Positions 38,024 through 50,600 of a stretch of 64,000 bases of DNA are shown in pieces. The stretch's first letter is position 1; every line of letters begins with the position of its first letter. A program made the position numbers and the translations under genes. Below the pieces are notes generated by a model, which did not search any database, was not told the DNA's origin, and saw only the letters and a program-made list of their open reading frames with translations. The DNA is from Azolla caroliniana. Lineage: Eukaryota; Plantae; Polypodiophyta. The stretch lies in contig JBHGNT010000002.1 in NCBI GenBank assembly GCA_043228905.1, positions 7,192,001-7,256,000 of the forward strand. Reading direction: 5' to 3'.

Positions 38024-39474
38024 TGTCGTGTGAATCTTCACACACTATGTAAAAAAATAATGAAATAATAATTATAAATTAGATTAGTAGAGTACTATAG
38101 AAAGATGGATATACTCAAGAGCTTCAAAACGTTTTTTACTATATACAAAATGGAGAATTACATATCAAGTTATGTGAAAATAAAGTTTGAGAAGATAGGA
38201 AAATTAGAACTATCCCACATAGATAGGAAAGTTAAGGCCTTGGCTATATAAGCACCTTGAGCTCCCTCATTCTTCATTTGTGCTAAGAGCACTTTGGCCA
38301 CCTTGTCTTGATGGATGATGGTGGCCAAATTCCTTAAAACCGGAAACTGGCCGGTAAACAAAGTCAGAAACCGGCCGGTAAGCAAAACCGGAACTGGCCA
38401 GCAAGCAAAATCGGAATCGGAACCGGCAAGCAAATCTGGAACTGACCGGCAAGCAAAACTGGAACCGGAATTGGCAAGCAAAATCGGAAACCGGTCGGTA
38501 AGCAAAACCAGAACCGGCCGGCAAGCAAAATCGGAACCGGAACAGTCCTGCAAGCAAAACCGGAAACCGGCCGGTAAGCAAAACAGGAATCAGCCGGCAA
38601 GCAAAACCGAAACCGGAACAGTCCGACAAGCAAAATCGGAAACCGGCCAGTAAGCAAAACTGGAACTGTAACCGACAAGCAAAACGGAACTGGCCGGCAA
38701 GGGATTCGGCGATCGGGCGGAACCGGCTACCGGACGAGGTTGGACGCGGACGGACGGAAGATGTGATCAAGCAACAAACTAAAGTAAAGTGAAAAGAACT
38801 AAAGTAAAGGCCATGTGGATGCAAGCAACTAAAGTTGGAGTGCATGCAAAAAGTAAAGGTCATGTGGATGGTCACATGCAACTAAAAGAAAAAGCCATGC
38901 AACTAAAAGAAAGAGCTAGGCAACTAAAAGTAGAGGACATGCAACAAAAAGTGGAAAGGCTATGATCAGGGGAGAACTCTACATATATTCCATTTTTTTC
39001 CTTACACTCATACTCTCCATATTATCTTAATTTTCTTTTCCTTCTCAAATCCATTATCTTAGGGAAGCCATATCTCTCATAAACCCTAATCTTCCCTACG
39101 GAAACCATAACACTCAAAAACGTTAATCTTCCCTACGGAAGCCATAACACTCAAAAACGCTAATCTTCCCTACGGAAGCCATAATATTCATATAACCACA
39201 ATCTCTTATGAAAGCCATGAACCCTAAATCTCCATGGAATCCATATCTTAGTTTCTTCTAATCTATTATTCTAGCAATCTCCTTAAGATAAAACTTTTGT
39301 AATCTCAATCTTGAGATTGATTGTAATCTTTCTTTCCCTTTATTAATGAAATTTGTGAATTTTTATCATTTTGTATTAATTGTTTAATATAATCATACGA
39401 ATCTGATATCTTCCGGTCGAAGGCCCCGGGGTCCTGCCTCAACGTTTACGTATCCTCGTCGTATTTTCGCGATA
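38024..39474 (+). mobile_element. Solo LTR-like insertion (TGTCGTG...CGCGATA), TSD GCGG/GTGG
   Basis: Removing it restores RNase H QWR|HFLEG of element A. It contains a degenerate GCAAGCAAAA(C/T)CGGAA array at ~38335-38700 and a ~37-bp triplication at ~39087-39183. Confidence 0.85.
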
Positions 39475-42400
39475 GTGGCATTTCTTAGAGGGCTCTCCAC
39501 ATCAAGTCATCATCTTTAGTGATCACAAAAACCTTGCTTATTTCTAGAACGCTTGGGTGCCAAATCGACGGCAAGCTCGGTGGGCTCAATTCCTCACGCG
39601 TTTTGACTTCAAAATCACATATCGACCAGGGAAGCAACAAGGAAAAGCAGATGCGCTATAACGACGTTCATATCTTGCACCTCGTCCTGGTGATCCAACG
39701 TTTGATAATCAAAAGCAAGTAATCTTGGGACCAACACGATTGCACACAACACGGATTTTTCACACCCCAATGGATTCCCGGATTACCGATGCCATACATG
39801 CGAACTTGAAGACATACAATTTTGCTCAAGACATTCTGGCGCACATTGATACCTTGTAAAGAATCAAGAGATGGATTCTTGTGAAGCGAAAGAGATATGA
39901 GTTATGTGTGTGTATGAGAGAGACAGAGAGAGAGTGAGTGAGAGAGACAAGGAATAAGACACAGAGAATACGCAAGGTAAGAGTATATTAACAAAGGAGA
40001 AAGAATCCACTAAATACAAGGTGGGAGGAGGGTGCTTTATATAGTCACCCTCTCTCTTCATTAACTACAAGGCTCATGGAGCATGGGGAATGTGAAAGCT
40101 CATAAGTTATGTGTCATAGAATATGATTCTATGACTCATACTAAATGCTAGAATACAAAGATGTGACTTAATGGTGACACTTGACCGTTGGAGTGTCTAT
40201 TCACTCTCAAGGTGAGTTCACACGTTAGACCAAGTTGAGCTTGATTCTCAACATGCCCCCTCAAGCTCAAGTCGGGTCGGTTTCAGACGGTATCCGAAAT
40301 CCGCTTCGACTCGCGTTCTGGAGTCCGCGTCGACTCGTGTCGACTCGCTTTATGCGGAGTTGTGGAATCCGTGCTCCAGCTTGCGTTGTGCGTAGTTGCG
40401 AAGTCTGTGCTTCGGCTTGCGTCTTTCTTCGCGGCTTTGCGCGGTAGATGGGCTCTTCGCGGCTTCGTTGCGTGGTTGCGTAATCCACAAGTTGTTGCGT
40501 AGTGTGCGCGGCTTGCGGAATCCACGCGTTGTTGCGTAATGTCTTCAGTACTCCTCCTCAAGCTTGGCAGGTCAGGGATCGTCAATCTGAGATCGGTCAC
40601 GAATTGCCACAGCTTGTCGGCTCCTAAGGCTTTAGTGAAGATGTCGGCCGTTTGAAGATTTGTGCTAATGTGTTGTAGGTCGACATCACCAGCTAGAACG
40701 CGCTCTCGGATGAAGTGATAGTGCACTTCGATGTGCTTTGTCCACGCGTGGAACACCGGGTTCCGAGCCACATAGATACTGCTCATGTTGTCGTAGTACA
40801 AGGAAGTTGGATCCTTGATGGGTATGCCCAGATCCTTCAAAATCCTCTTGAGCCATACGGCTTCACACGCAGCTACGGCTGCGCCCTTGTATTCTGCCTC
40901 CGTACTCGAAAGAGCGACGGTAGGATGCTTCTTGCTACTCCAGGATATTGCTTTGCTGCCGAGGGAAAAAACAAATCCGGAGGTTGATCTTCTATCGGCT
41001 TTGTAGCTGTCCCAATCGACGTCTGTGTACCCGTCGAGGCATATTGGCATCGCGGTCTTGTAGAGGATGCCGCAATCCATTGTGCTGCTCACATATCATA
41101 GAACTCTCTTAGCGCAATCCAAGTGAGTATCACGTGGTGTTTGCATGAATTGACTAAGGAGACCGACCGGATAACAGAGATCGGGTCGAGTGATCGTGAG
41201 GTAGATGAGACTCCCGATGAGTTGCCAATACTGAGTCGGCTCACACGCTTTGGTGCCGGAGTTCACATCTAGTTTGCAATTGCGATCGAGCAAGGTTGCC
41301 GCGGATTTGCACTCATCCATCCCAAACTTGTATAACAAGTTGAGGATGTAGTGCCGTTGAGAGATCATGATTCCGGCCGGAGTCCGAATTACCTCGATGC
41401 CGAGGAAGTAGCGGAGCTCCTTCATGTCCGTCATCTCGAACTTGTCGGAAAGGAGGGATTTGACTTTATTGATTTCGACGAGATGCTCACCTCTAATGAC
41501 TAGGTCATCCACATATAAGATGATGACGATAGGACTTGCGGAATTGCTTCGTATGTAGAGGGAGTTGTCCGATTTTGACATACGGAAGCTGATTTGATGA
41601 AGATATTGTGTTATCTTCGAATGCCAAGCACGCGGTGCTTGCTTGAGGCCGTAGAGTGACTTCTTGAGTCGGCATACAACTTTCGGAAGGGTGCTTGAGT
41701 TGAAGCCGGGTGGTTGTATCATGTACACCTCCTCTTCCAATTCGCCTTGTAGAAAGGCGTTCTTGACGTCCATTTGATGGAGGTGCCACCCTTTCGCCGC
41801 GGCAAGCGCAATTACGGTCCGTACCGTCGTCAACTTGGCCACCGCGGCAAAGGTCTCCTCGTAGTCAACTCCGTGCGTTTGGGCGTAGCCTTTCGATACG
41901 AGTCGCGCTTTGTAGCGGTTGACGGAACCGTCGGCGTTGTACTTCACTTTGTAAATCCATCTACATCCGATCGCCTTTTTTTGTGGTGAGGTGGGAACGA
42001 TATCCCATGTCTCGTTCTTGTGGAGGGCCTGCATCTCCTCGTTCATAGCTTTGATCCATTGCAGATCCTTGGCTGCTTCGGAAAATGTTTTCGGCTCACG
42101 TACTGTCGCCACCTTCATCATAAAGGCATAGTGATATGCCATGTAGTCGTCATAGCCAAATCGGCTGACCGGATTCTTTTCACGGGTGGAGCGACGGAGC
42201 TTTTCATTTGCAAAGATGAGGGCTTTCTTAGCTTTGATTGGTACATCGAAGCCGCCGAACTCACTATCGAGTGAGTGAGTCGACTCATCGTCGTCGAAGT
42301 GATCGTTTGCGTATTCCGCCATTTTCGCCTTGCCTTTGTCCATCTTCGGGCTAGGCCGTGATGTGCTTTGATCGCTCAAAGGCTCTTGTGGTCCGCTCAG

Positions 42401-43802
42401 TCGGGTTGTGATCAGACTTTCTTCGAACATGCGCGTAAGGCGATTGTCATCCTCTATCTCTTGTTTGGCGGATTCCGGGTCGAGCGGAGTCGGAGTCGAA
42501 GTTGTCTCTGGTGCGTATCAAGATGCAGACTCGTCAAAAACGACGTCTCGACTTACTCAAGATTTTCGAGTTGAAGGGTTGTAGCACTTGTACCCCTTTT
42601 GCTCCTGTGAGTATCCTACGAGGATACATTTCTCCAACTTCGGGTCAAGCTTTTGACGCTTCTCATCGGGGATGTGCACGTACGTTATCGCGTCGAATAT
42701 CTAGGTGTGCGGTAAGTCCGGTTTCTTTCCGAAGTATTTTTCGTGCGGAGTGACCTCGTGCACGCCGGATGTTGTGCATCAGTTCATTAGGTAGACGACC
42801 GTATTTGTAGCTTCGGCCCAATATGACTTGGGCATATGCTTCTCGTTCATCTTGGCCCGCGTTACTTTGAGGATGTGCCGATTTTTGCGCTTGGCTACTC
42901 CGTTTTGTTGCGGAGTGTGTCGACAAGTGAATTCTCGCCGAATTCCTTCCTTTCAGAGATACGCCGTGAAATCGTCTGAGAAGTACTCCTTGCTGCCATT
43001 CGATCGAAGACAACGTACATGTCGGCCCGTGGCTTTCTCGACTTCATTCTTGAAAGTTTGGAAGTGTCTGAACACTTCGCTCTTTTGCCACATCGGGTAG
43101 ATCCAAGTATGCCTAGAGAAGTCGTCGATGAAGAGTACGTAATATCGGCATCCGCCGAATGTAGCCGTATGCGCCAGTCCCCATACGTCGGAATGGACTA
43201 CGTCGAGTAGACCTTTGCTCACATTCTGCTCTTTCGGGAATGGGTGGTGGTGTTGTTTATCGAATTGGCACGCTTCGCATACACCTTCTCTTTGAATGTC
43301 GGGAGTCTGATGACGACTACTTTCGATTTTATTGCTTTGAGTTTGTTGAGATTGATGTGGCCGATTCGCTTGTGCCACAACTCTATGTCGGAGTCGGCTT
43401 TCACGCCCTTTGCGAACATGGCCGATTTCATCTCGTGTGAGTCGAGAATGAACATTCGACCCTCTCTTCTTCTGCGTGCGATGAGTCAGCCCTCTTTTTC
43501 GATGAAGCAACTGCCTTGATTAAATCGAACTTGCATCCCTTGCTCTACAATTTGGCTGACGGAGACCAAATTCTTCGTAATGGTCAGTACATGCAAGACA
43601 TTTTTAATGTAATTTTGCTTATCTTCTTTTCCGAACGGAACATTGTCGATGTGCTGAATCGGGTGCGTAGTGTCATCTCCGGTTTCGACATAACCGGGTC
43701 GCTCCGGCTCTCGAAGTTCGAGAAACCATTCTTTATGGGATGTCATATGGTTTGAGGCTCCGAAGTCAACAAACCATACATCCTCCGAATTGAGGGCACT
43801 AG

Positions 43803-44567
43803 TGTTGTCTGCGGGAATAGTAACTGACGGACAAGAGAATAGGAATAAGAAATAATATAAGATCATAACGCATGTAACGGTTCACGCAAGAAGCGTGAAC
43901 GACAAGATAGACCCTGCGTATATAAAGGGCAGAAAACCTCGGATAGAGGGTGCGTGTAATTTTGGGAATGTAAAGAAACGTATCATAATAGAATTCCATC
44001 TTCTTTGAAAGTCTGTGTATAGCAACGTCTAATCCACTGTAGGTCTGGAATACCAGAGAGTGTAAGAACGTAAGTGTAACCCTTGCTAAGGAGTCGGTTG
44101 TAGCCGTCTCCCTTATACGCTGATAGGTTATAGGGAACCTTCCCCTACACATTATGCATAGATGCCTATTCGTTGTTCCACAACCACTTGGAGGTCTAGG
44201 TCGAAGGACTGACCGCGGACCGTGTTTCTAATTGGCAACACTTTTGGCACGCCTGGTGATCTGTGTCTTCTCACAGACGAGCAACGACGAATGGATGTTT
44301 AGCCGCAGACACCCTAGAGAACCAACACGAAAAGACCAGCCAATAACAAGGTCCGTCACACACCAGGTAGAAGAACGCTGTCGCGTTGTTACGCGCGTGC
44401 GTGGAGAAAGGCGGGACCACGGGGGTCTTGGACTAGAGAGTGACGGAGTGTAGGAAGTCGTACTTCACCGTTTCCGGGGCATTCCAGAAGCACACCGGAA
44501 GCAACCGAAGGGAGAGAGAGAAAGAGAGGGAGCGCGCGCTTAACACCGACTCACGCACACGCATGCA

Positions 44568-44632
<65 letters not shown>

Positions 44633-47600
44633 AGGCCGACCCGACTCACGCCCTTATGTACAGGAAACGCAGGAAAAGGGGAAGCACCCGACACCAACAG
44701 AGACGCGAATATACACAGACAAACGCAAATGTATATATATAAAAGGAAGAATACATTCCCGGCTTCGAGCTGGACCAAGGTAGGTTACAATAGTCGTTAG
44801 CTGCCAAGCCGCCGGTCGGGGAGCTCACGGGCTTGTCGCGCCGAGCGGGGTCTTGTGTAGGAGATGAGCTGAAGCAAACCCTAAGCGAACACGAAGGGGG
44901 GGGGGGGGAAGAAGAAGAAGAAGAAGAAATGTAACTAACCCTAAATCTAACGGTATACCCTCTAACGCAAAATGGGCAACCCTTTCACAAAGGGCGCTCC
45001 CTTCCTTTTATAGAACAAGGAGAGGGATGCGTTACAATGTGGGATAAATCCCGACTTACATGGGTTCGTCTGTCTAGGCTTGACTACTCTTCGTCGCCAT
45101 AAAGGCGCCCTCATTATTCACACTAAATGTACAAGGGTGAGCACACATGTTGCACCCCGCCGATGTAGCCAATGTTTCCCGGTTTCGGCCTCTGGACGAA
45201 ATTCTTCACGACATCCACCCCCACCAAACCGCACGTCCACCGGTACGTGCCAAATCCGGTGAAGGGTGAGAGATTTCGACCGGTGAGAAACCGGTCAACC
45301 GTAATCCGCATCCCGGCTCGCTGCCAGTTTGATCCGTCAGCTTCGGTTCTTACTTCGCGCTTACCTCCCCGTAGGCTCGTTCGACCCGTCGATGGGCCCT
45401 CTGCCGCGATCTCCGTAGTACGCGTACTTCTGTTGGCCCTTGTTCGGCCTTATGAACACCCTGCTCCCCGCCGTATGCCCGATGTCCTCCGCTTGGGGAA
45501 CGCCCGTAGCGGCCCGCTTGGCCTTCGTTGATCATTCGCATCATTCTGATTGCCATCCCATGTTGTTTCGCGTTGCCCTCTTCCTCTCGTCGCCACCTTC
45601 CTTCTCCATGGTCTTACATCGCCGCGTCGGCTCGAACTGCCATGGTCTCCGAAACGGTGTGGAGGATCCCTTTCTGGCCTTCTACGCGCTACCTCCGAAC
45701 CGCGCAACCTATCTTCGCGCTCACCTTTCCACTCCGGCACCTCCGTGTGCCACATACCCTCGTCTGTTGTTTGGCACTGCCTGTGCCATACTCCGGTTCA
45801 TTGCACACCTTGTTGGCCCCTTTTCTGGCCAGATCGTGCATTGCCGCTCACCCGCATACTGGTGTCCTCCGCATTCGAGGAACACCCCGTAGTAGCCCGC
45901 TTGGCCCTTCCCGTCTTCGTGCTGCTGCAACAGGTCTTGAGTCTTCCGCTTGCCGTCGTCCCCTCGCTCCCACCAGCTTGTCACCCCAGGCTTGCCGTGT
46001 CAATCTTCGCTACTTCGACGGAGCTCCGAGATCTACGAAGCGCGTGTGGAGGATCCTCCTCCGGCCTCTCTTGCCATCCCCTGACTCCGACCCTGTGCAG
46101 TCCACTAGGCACTTGTCACCTCGTTCCCGACACCTCCCTTGTGCTGTCTTCCACTTCCTTTGTTCGGCTCTGCCTGCGCCGAACACCGTACCGTAGTCAC
46201 TCTTCGATCCGGCCCGCGATGGCCACTTGCGAGACTCTTGTTCCGTCCCAGGTGTGCCTTTCCGGCCTAACACATCTCCCCGTGTTTGCCCCTACCAGCT
46301 CCTTCCGAAACCGTAACCGGCCGGTGAGGGTTTCACACTTCGTCCGCTCCGTCTTACCGGCTCCCTATCCGCTACCTTGTGCCGTTGGGTCCCGTTCCTT
46401 GCTGCCACCTTCCTTTTCCCTAGGTCTCACGTTGCCACGTTGGCCGAACTGCCGGAGTCTCCGGATCGGTGTGAGGGTCCCATAGGACCGGACTCCGTTT
46501 CTATGCTTGACGAAATTCGGGTGACTTTCGTTTGAGTCCCTACCGGACTCTCCTCGTGTCTTCCGCGTAGTCGGGTCCCACTTCCCGCCGCCACCAACCC
46601 TCTCTCTCGGTCTCATGTTGCCACGTTGGCCGAACTGCCGGAGTCTCTGGTTAAGTGTGGGGATCCCGTAGGACCGGACTTCCTTACGCCCACTCACCTC
46701 GTCGGAAGGTTTGAGATGGTCCGTAGCCACCTTGCCGGACATCGCCTCTTGTCGTCCGATCACGTTCCCCTGCCACCACCGATCTCCCCTATAGGACTCA
46801 CGCCGGCACTCGGGCCGACCGCCGGATCGGTGTGAGTGTCTTCGTTGGACCTCTCCTTCTGGCTTCGGTTGCCCGCCTTGCCGCCGCCACTGTCCCTTAC
46901 TCTAGGTCTCACGCCTCCTCTTGTCCTTGGCTACCAGAGTCTCTAGAATCGGTGTGTGTAAGGTCACAGCTGCTCCGCTCTGCCTTCGCCATTCTCTTCT
47001 GTTGGTCACGTTCACCTGCCGCCACCGTCCTTTCCTATAGGACTCATGCCGGCTCTCGGGCCGACCGTCGGATCAGTGTGAGGATCTCCGTAGACCGCCC
47101 ATCCGTAGCCCTTTGCTTTCGTCCCCTCGCCACCACCGTTCGTCACTTTCGGCCGACCGTCGGTTTCTGTAGAACCGGTTTGAAGGATCCTCCTTGGGCC
47201 TCCGATTTGTCTTCCTGACCCTGTCCCGAGTCGTCCTTTTCCGCATGCCGAGAGGGCGGTTTACTCCGCACCCTCTCTCGTGGTATCGACGTACCGTCAC
47301 CTCGGCCTCTTCGTAGGACTGCTCTCTTCCTCCCTCCCAGAATGGTCATTCGGGAGTCCGCTCCGCCCGGTTCTCATCCGGGTCCGTTCGTCCTTCTCCG
47401 GATTGCTGGGTCCCGTTCTCCTGTCGCCACCAGCCTTCTCCCTAGGTCTCACGTTGCCACGTTGGCCGAACTGCTGGGGCCTCCGGACTGGTGTGGGGAT
47501 CCTGTAGGACCGGACTTTGTTCTCCTCTTCATCCCTTGTACTTCTCCCGAACTCGTCGTTTGTCTCCTTCTCGTGTACCCGCCTCCATCTCCCATCTCTC

Positions 47601-50600
47601 TAGGTCTCATGTCGGCACTCGTTACCGGCTGCCTGAGTCTCCGGATAAGGCGTGGTGCTTCCGTCTCGTAACGATTTGCGGACGCTCGTTCGGGATACTG
47701 CTCCTAAGTACGTTCGGTGAGAAGCATTTGGTCTATGATCAACCAAGCCCCACCTGGGCTTGGTTCTTCAATATCCGTAGTTTCGGTTCTGATGCTGACC
47801 TCTCCGGACTCGTTCCGAACCCTTGACCACTTCCCTTCCAACTCCCCACCTTCGCGCGGTTGGTCTTTCTCCCCATGTAAAAGAGGGCGGCTTGTCCCGC
47901 ACCCTCTTCCGTATCAGCACTTTCATGCCGAATCCGGCCCCGATCGAACGATCCACGACCGGATTCTGCTCCATCCGAATCGGAATGTTGATCTTTCTGT
48001 GCCGCCTCCATCCTTGGCCTTCTCGCAGGCTGTTTCCCATCCATCTTCGCTGGCATCGTGCCAGGACTCCTTGTCGGCGCCTTCTCTCCGGTCTCATGTG
48101 GGCACACGGGCATGATCGCCGGAGTCTCCGGAATCCGTGTGGAGGGCTCTTCTCCGCTCTCGACCCTGTCCTTGGTCGGCAATTCTCCGTGAGTCGAGAG
48201 GGCGTTTTGTTCCGCACCCTCTCCCATGGTACCATCGTACCGATCTTCCGCCATCTCGTGGGGCAAGACCGTCTCCTCGGTCTCAGCTTGGAGCCTCGAT
48301 CTTTCCTCTTCCTTGAGCATCGCTTCGAGAGCTGCGTATGCCTCCGTAATCTGGGCCTCAACGCCAACCCTTGCCAACTCCCTTTGCCGTTCGGCCTCTT
48401 CCCGCTATGATGGCACGCCGTCGCGCGCCTTCCTCTTAGCCTTCTCAGCTCGCTCATCGTCTAGTCGTTGGCACACCCTTCCGACCTTCGACCATTCCTC
48501 CGTAAGCCCATTCGCTCCGTCATCGTCTTCGAGCTCCATCCCGATGGCCTCCCGTTCCACTCGGTCGATCGACCTGACGAACAATAGGACCTTGTCCGTC
48601 CCCACCAAACCCTGTTCCCGCTCCGAGAGCCGAGCAAGCCGTCGCTCGAACTCTCAGAACGCCTTGGTCGCGCCCCGGTGGGTCTTTGCCGATGCTACCC
48701 ATTGGTCGAAGTCATGTCGTCCCCGACTCTTCTGTCGTCCTCCGTATGCCTTCAGGAGCGCCTCTTCGAAGGCCTCCCACGAACTATGAGCCTCACGGAG
48801 CTTCTTTACTTCCGCATGCATCCGGACAGCTACGACCCGACAGAAGAACTCCAGCCTCAACGCCTCGTCTATGCCACGCTCCTCCATCTCCGCGTTGTAG
48901 GATCCCAAGTAAGATCGGACTTTGTCCCCGTTGAAATGACCGACTCTTTCGACCACTCGCTCAACTGCTTGTTGCGCTGCTTCTCGCCTCATCACCACTC
49001 GTGCCGACTCCAACACCACGTCGGTCACCATCACCGCGAGGTCGTCGTCTTCCGACTCCATCCTCCCTTGCGTCTTTCACGTCGGGTTGACCAAAGATGT
49101 CGCGTTGTTACGCGCGTGCGTGGAGAAAGGCGGGACCACGGGGGTCTTGGACTAGGGAGTGACGGAGCGTAGGAAGTCGTACTTCACCGTTTCTGGGGCA
49201 TCCCAGAAGCACACCGGAAGCAACCGAAGGGAGAGAGAGAAAGAGAGGGAGCGTGCACTTAACACCAACTCACGCACACACACACACACGTGGACACACA
49301 CACACACACACACACAGGCCGACCCGACTCACGCCCTTATGTACAGGAAACGCAGGAAAAGGGGAAGCACCCGACACCAACAGAGACGCAAATATACACA
49401 GACAGACGCAAATGTATATATATAAAAGGAAGAATACATTCTCGGCTTCGAGCCGGACCAAGGTAGGTTACAGTAGTCGTCAGCTGCCAAGCCGCTGGTC
49501 GGGGAGCTCACGGGCTTGTCGCGCCGAGCGGGGTCTTGTGTAGGAGATGAGCTGAAGCAAACCCTAAGCGAACACGAGAGGGGGGGGGGGGGTGGGGAAG
49601 AAGAAGAAGAAGAAGAAATGTAACTAACCCTAAATCTAACGGTATACCCTCTAACGCAAAATGGGCAACCCTTTCACAAAGGGCGCTCCCTTCCTTTTAT
49701 AGAACAAGGAGAGGGATGCGTTACAATGTGGGATAAATCCCGACTTACATGGGATTGTCTGTCCCAGCTTGAATACTCTTCGGCGCCATAAAGGCGCCCT
49801 CGTTATTCACACTAAATGTACAAGGGTGAGCACACATGCTGCACCCCACTGATGTAGCCAATGTTTCCCGGTTTCCGCCTCTGGACAAAATTCTTCACGA
49901 CAACGCGCATGGGAAAAGCCTCGCCTTAGCAACCTTAGTCCTACCTGCCGTGATTACAAAGGTGATTCTTCAATCTCCAAATACCTCGACGAGACGCGGG
50001 GTCTACGCTCACCACAGCCACCCTGTGGTCTTTCCCGACCCGCCGTAGCCCCCAGCATGGCCTTTGCCTACCCCCACTTTAATGGCGAAACCGACGCTGC
50101 AACTCATATTCGCATGTTCCTTAATGTCTGGAATGGGAACAACATGGCGCAGAGCCTTTCGGAGGTGGTAGCGCACCGGTCGAAAATGACGGAGTTCGGG
50201 TTAACATTGGATGAGCGAGCGGCATTTTCACATTCCCAGATGGATTTACCAGCAATAACAACCTTCGAGCAACTACAGTCCGCTTTCTTGCGGTTCTTCC
50301 ACCGGAGGGTTCCACAACGCGAAATCCTCGGACAATTCTATACAATTAAGCAACTGCCGACCGAGACGATAGCAGACTTCAGCTTACATTTCCAAAATTT
50401 ACGACGGATACTAGAATGGAGCCCCGCGGAGGACGAGGCTCGAGAAACATTTCTAGCAACGTTACATCGACCCATCCGGGCAACGCTCAACAACAATAGC
50501 GTGAAAGGGGAAACAATGGATATGGTCATTGAACGAGTGTTACAGCTCGAGTTGGACGAGGAGGAAAGGTTTTCTATGTCCTCCTTACGACAAGCGTTAC

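Noticed and set aside
38335-38700. Repeat-spacer-like pattern resembling CRISPR
   Set aside because: Cores are only ~8-10 nt and linkers are reshuffled versions of each other.
45172-48789. Many overlapping 100-310 aa ORFs on both strands
   Set aside because: Expected in GC-rich repetitive sequence; only the minus-strand gag-like frame has recognisable character.
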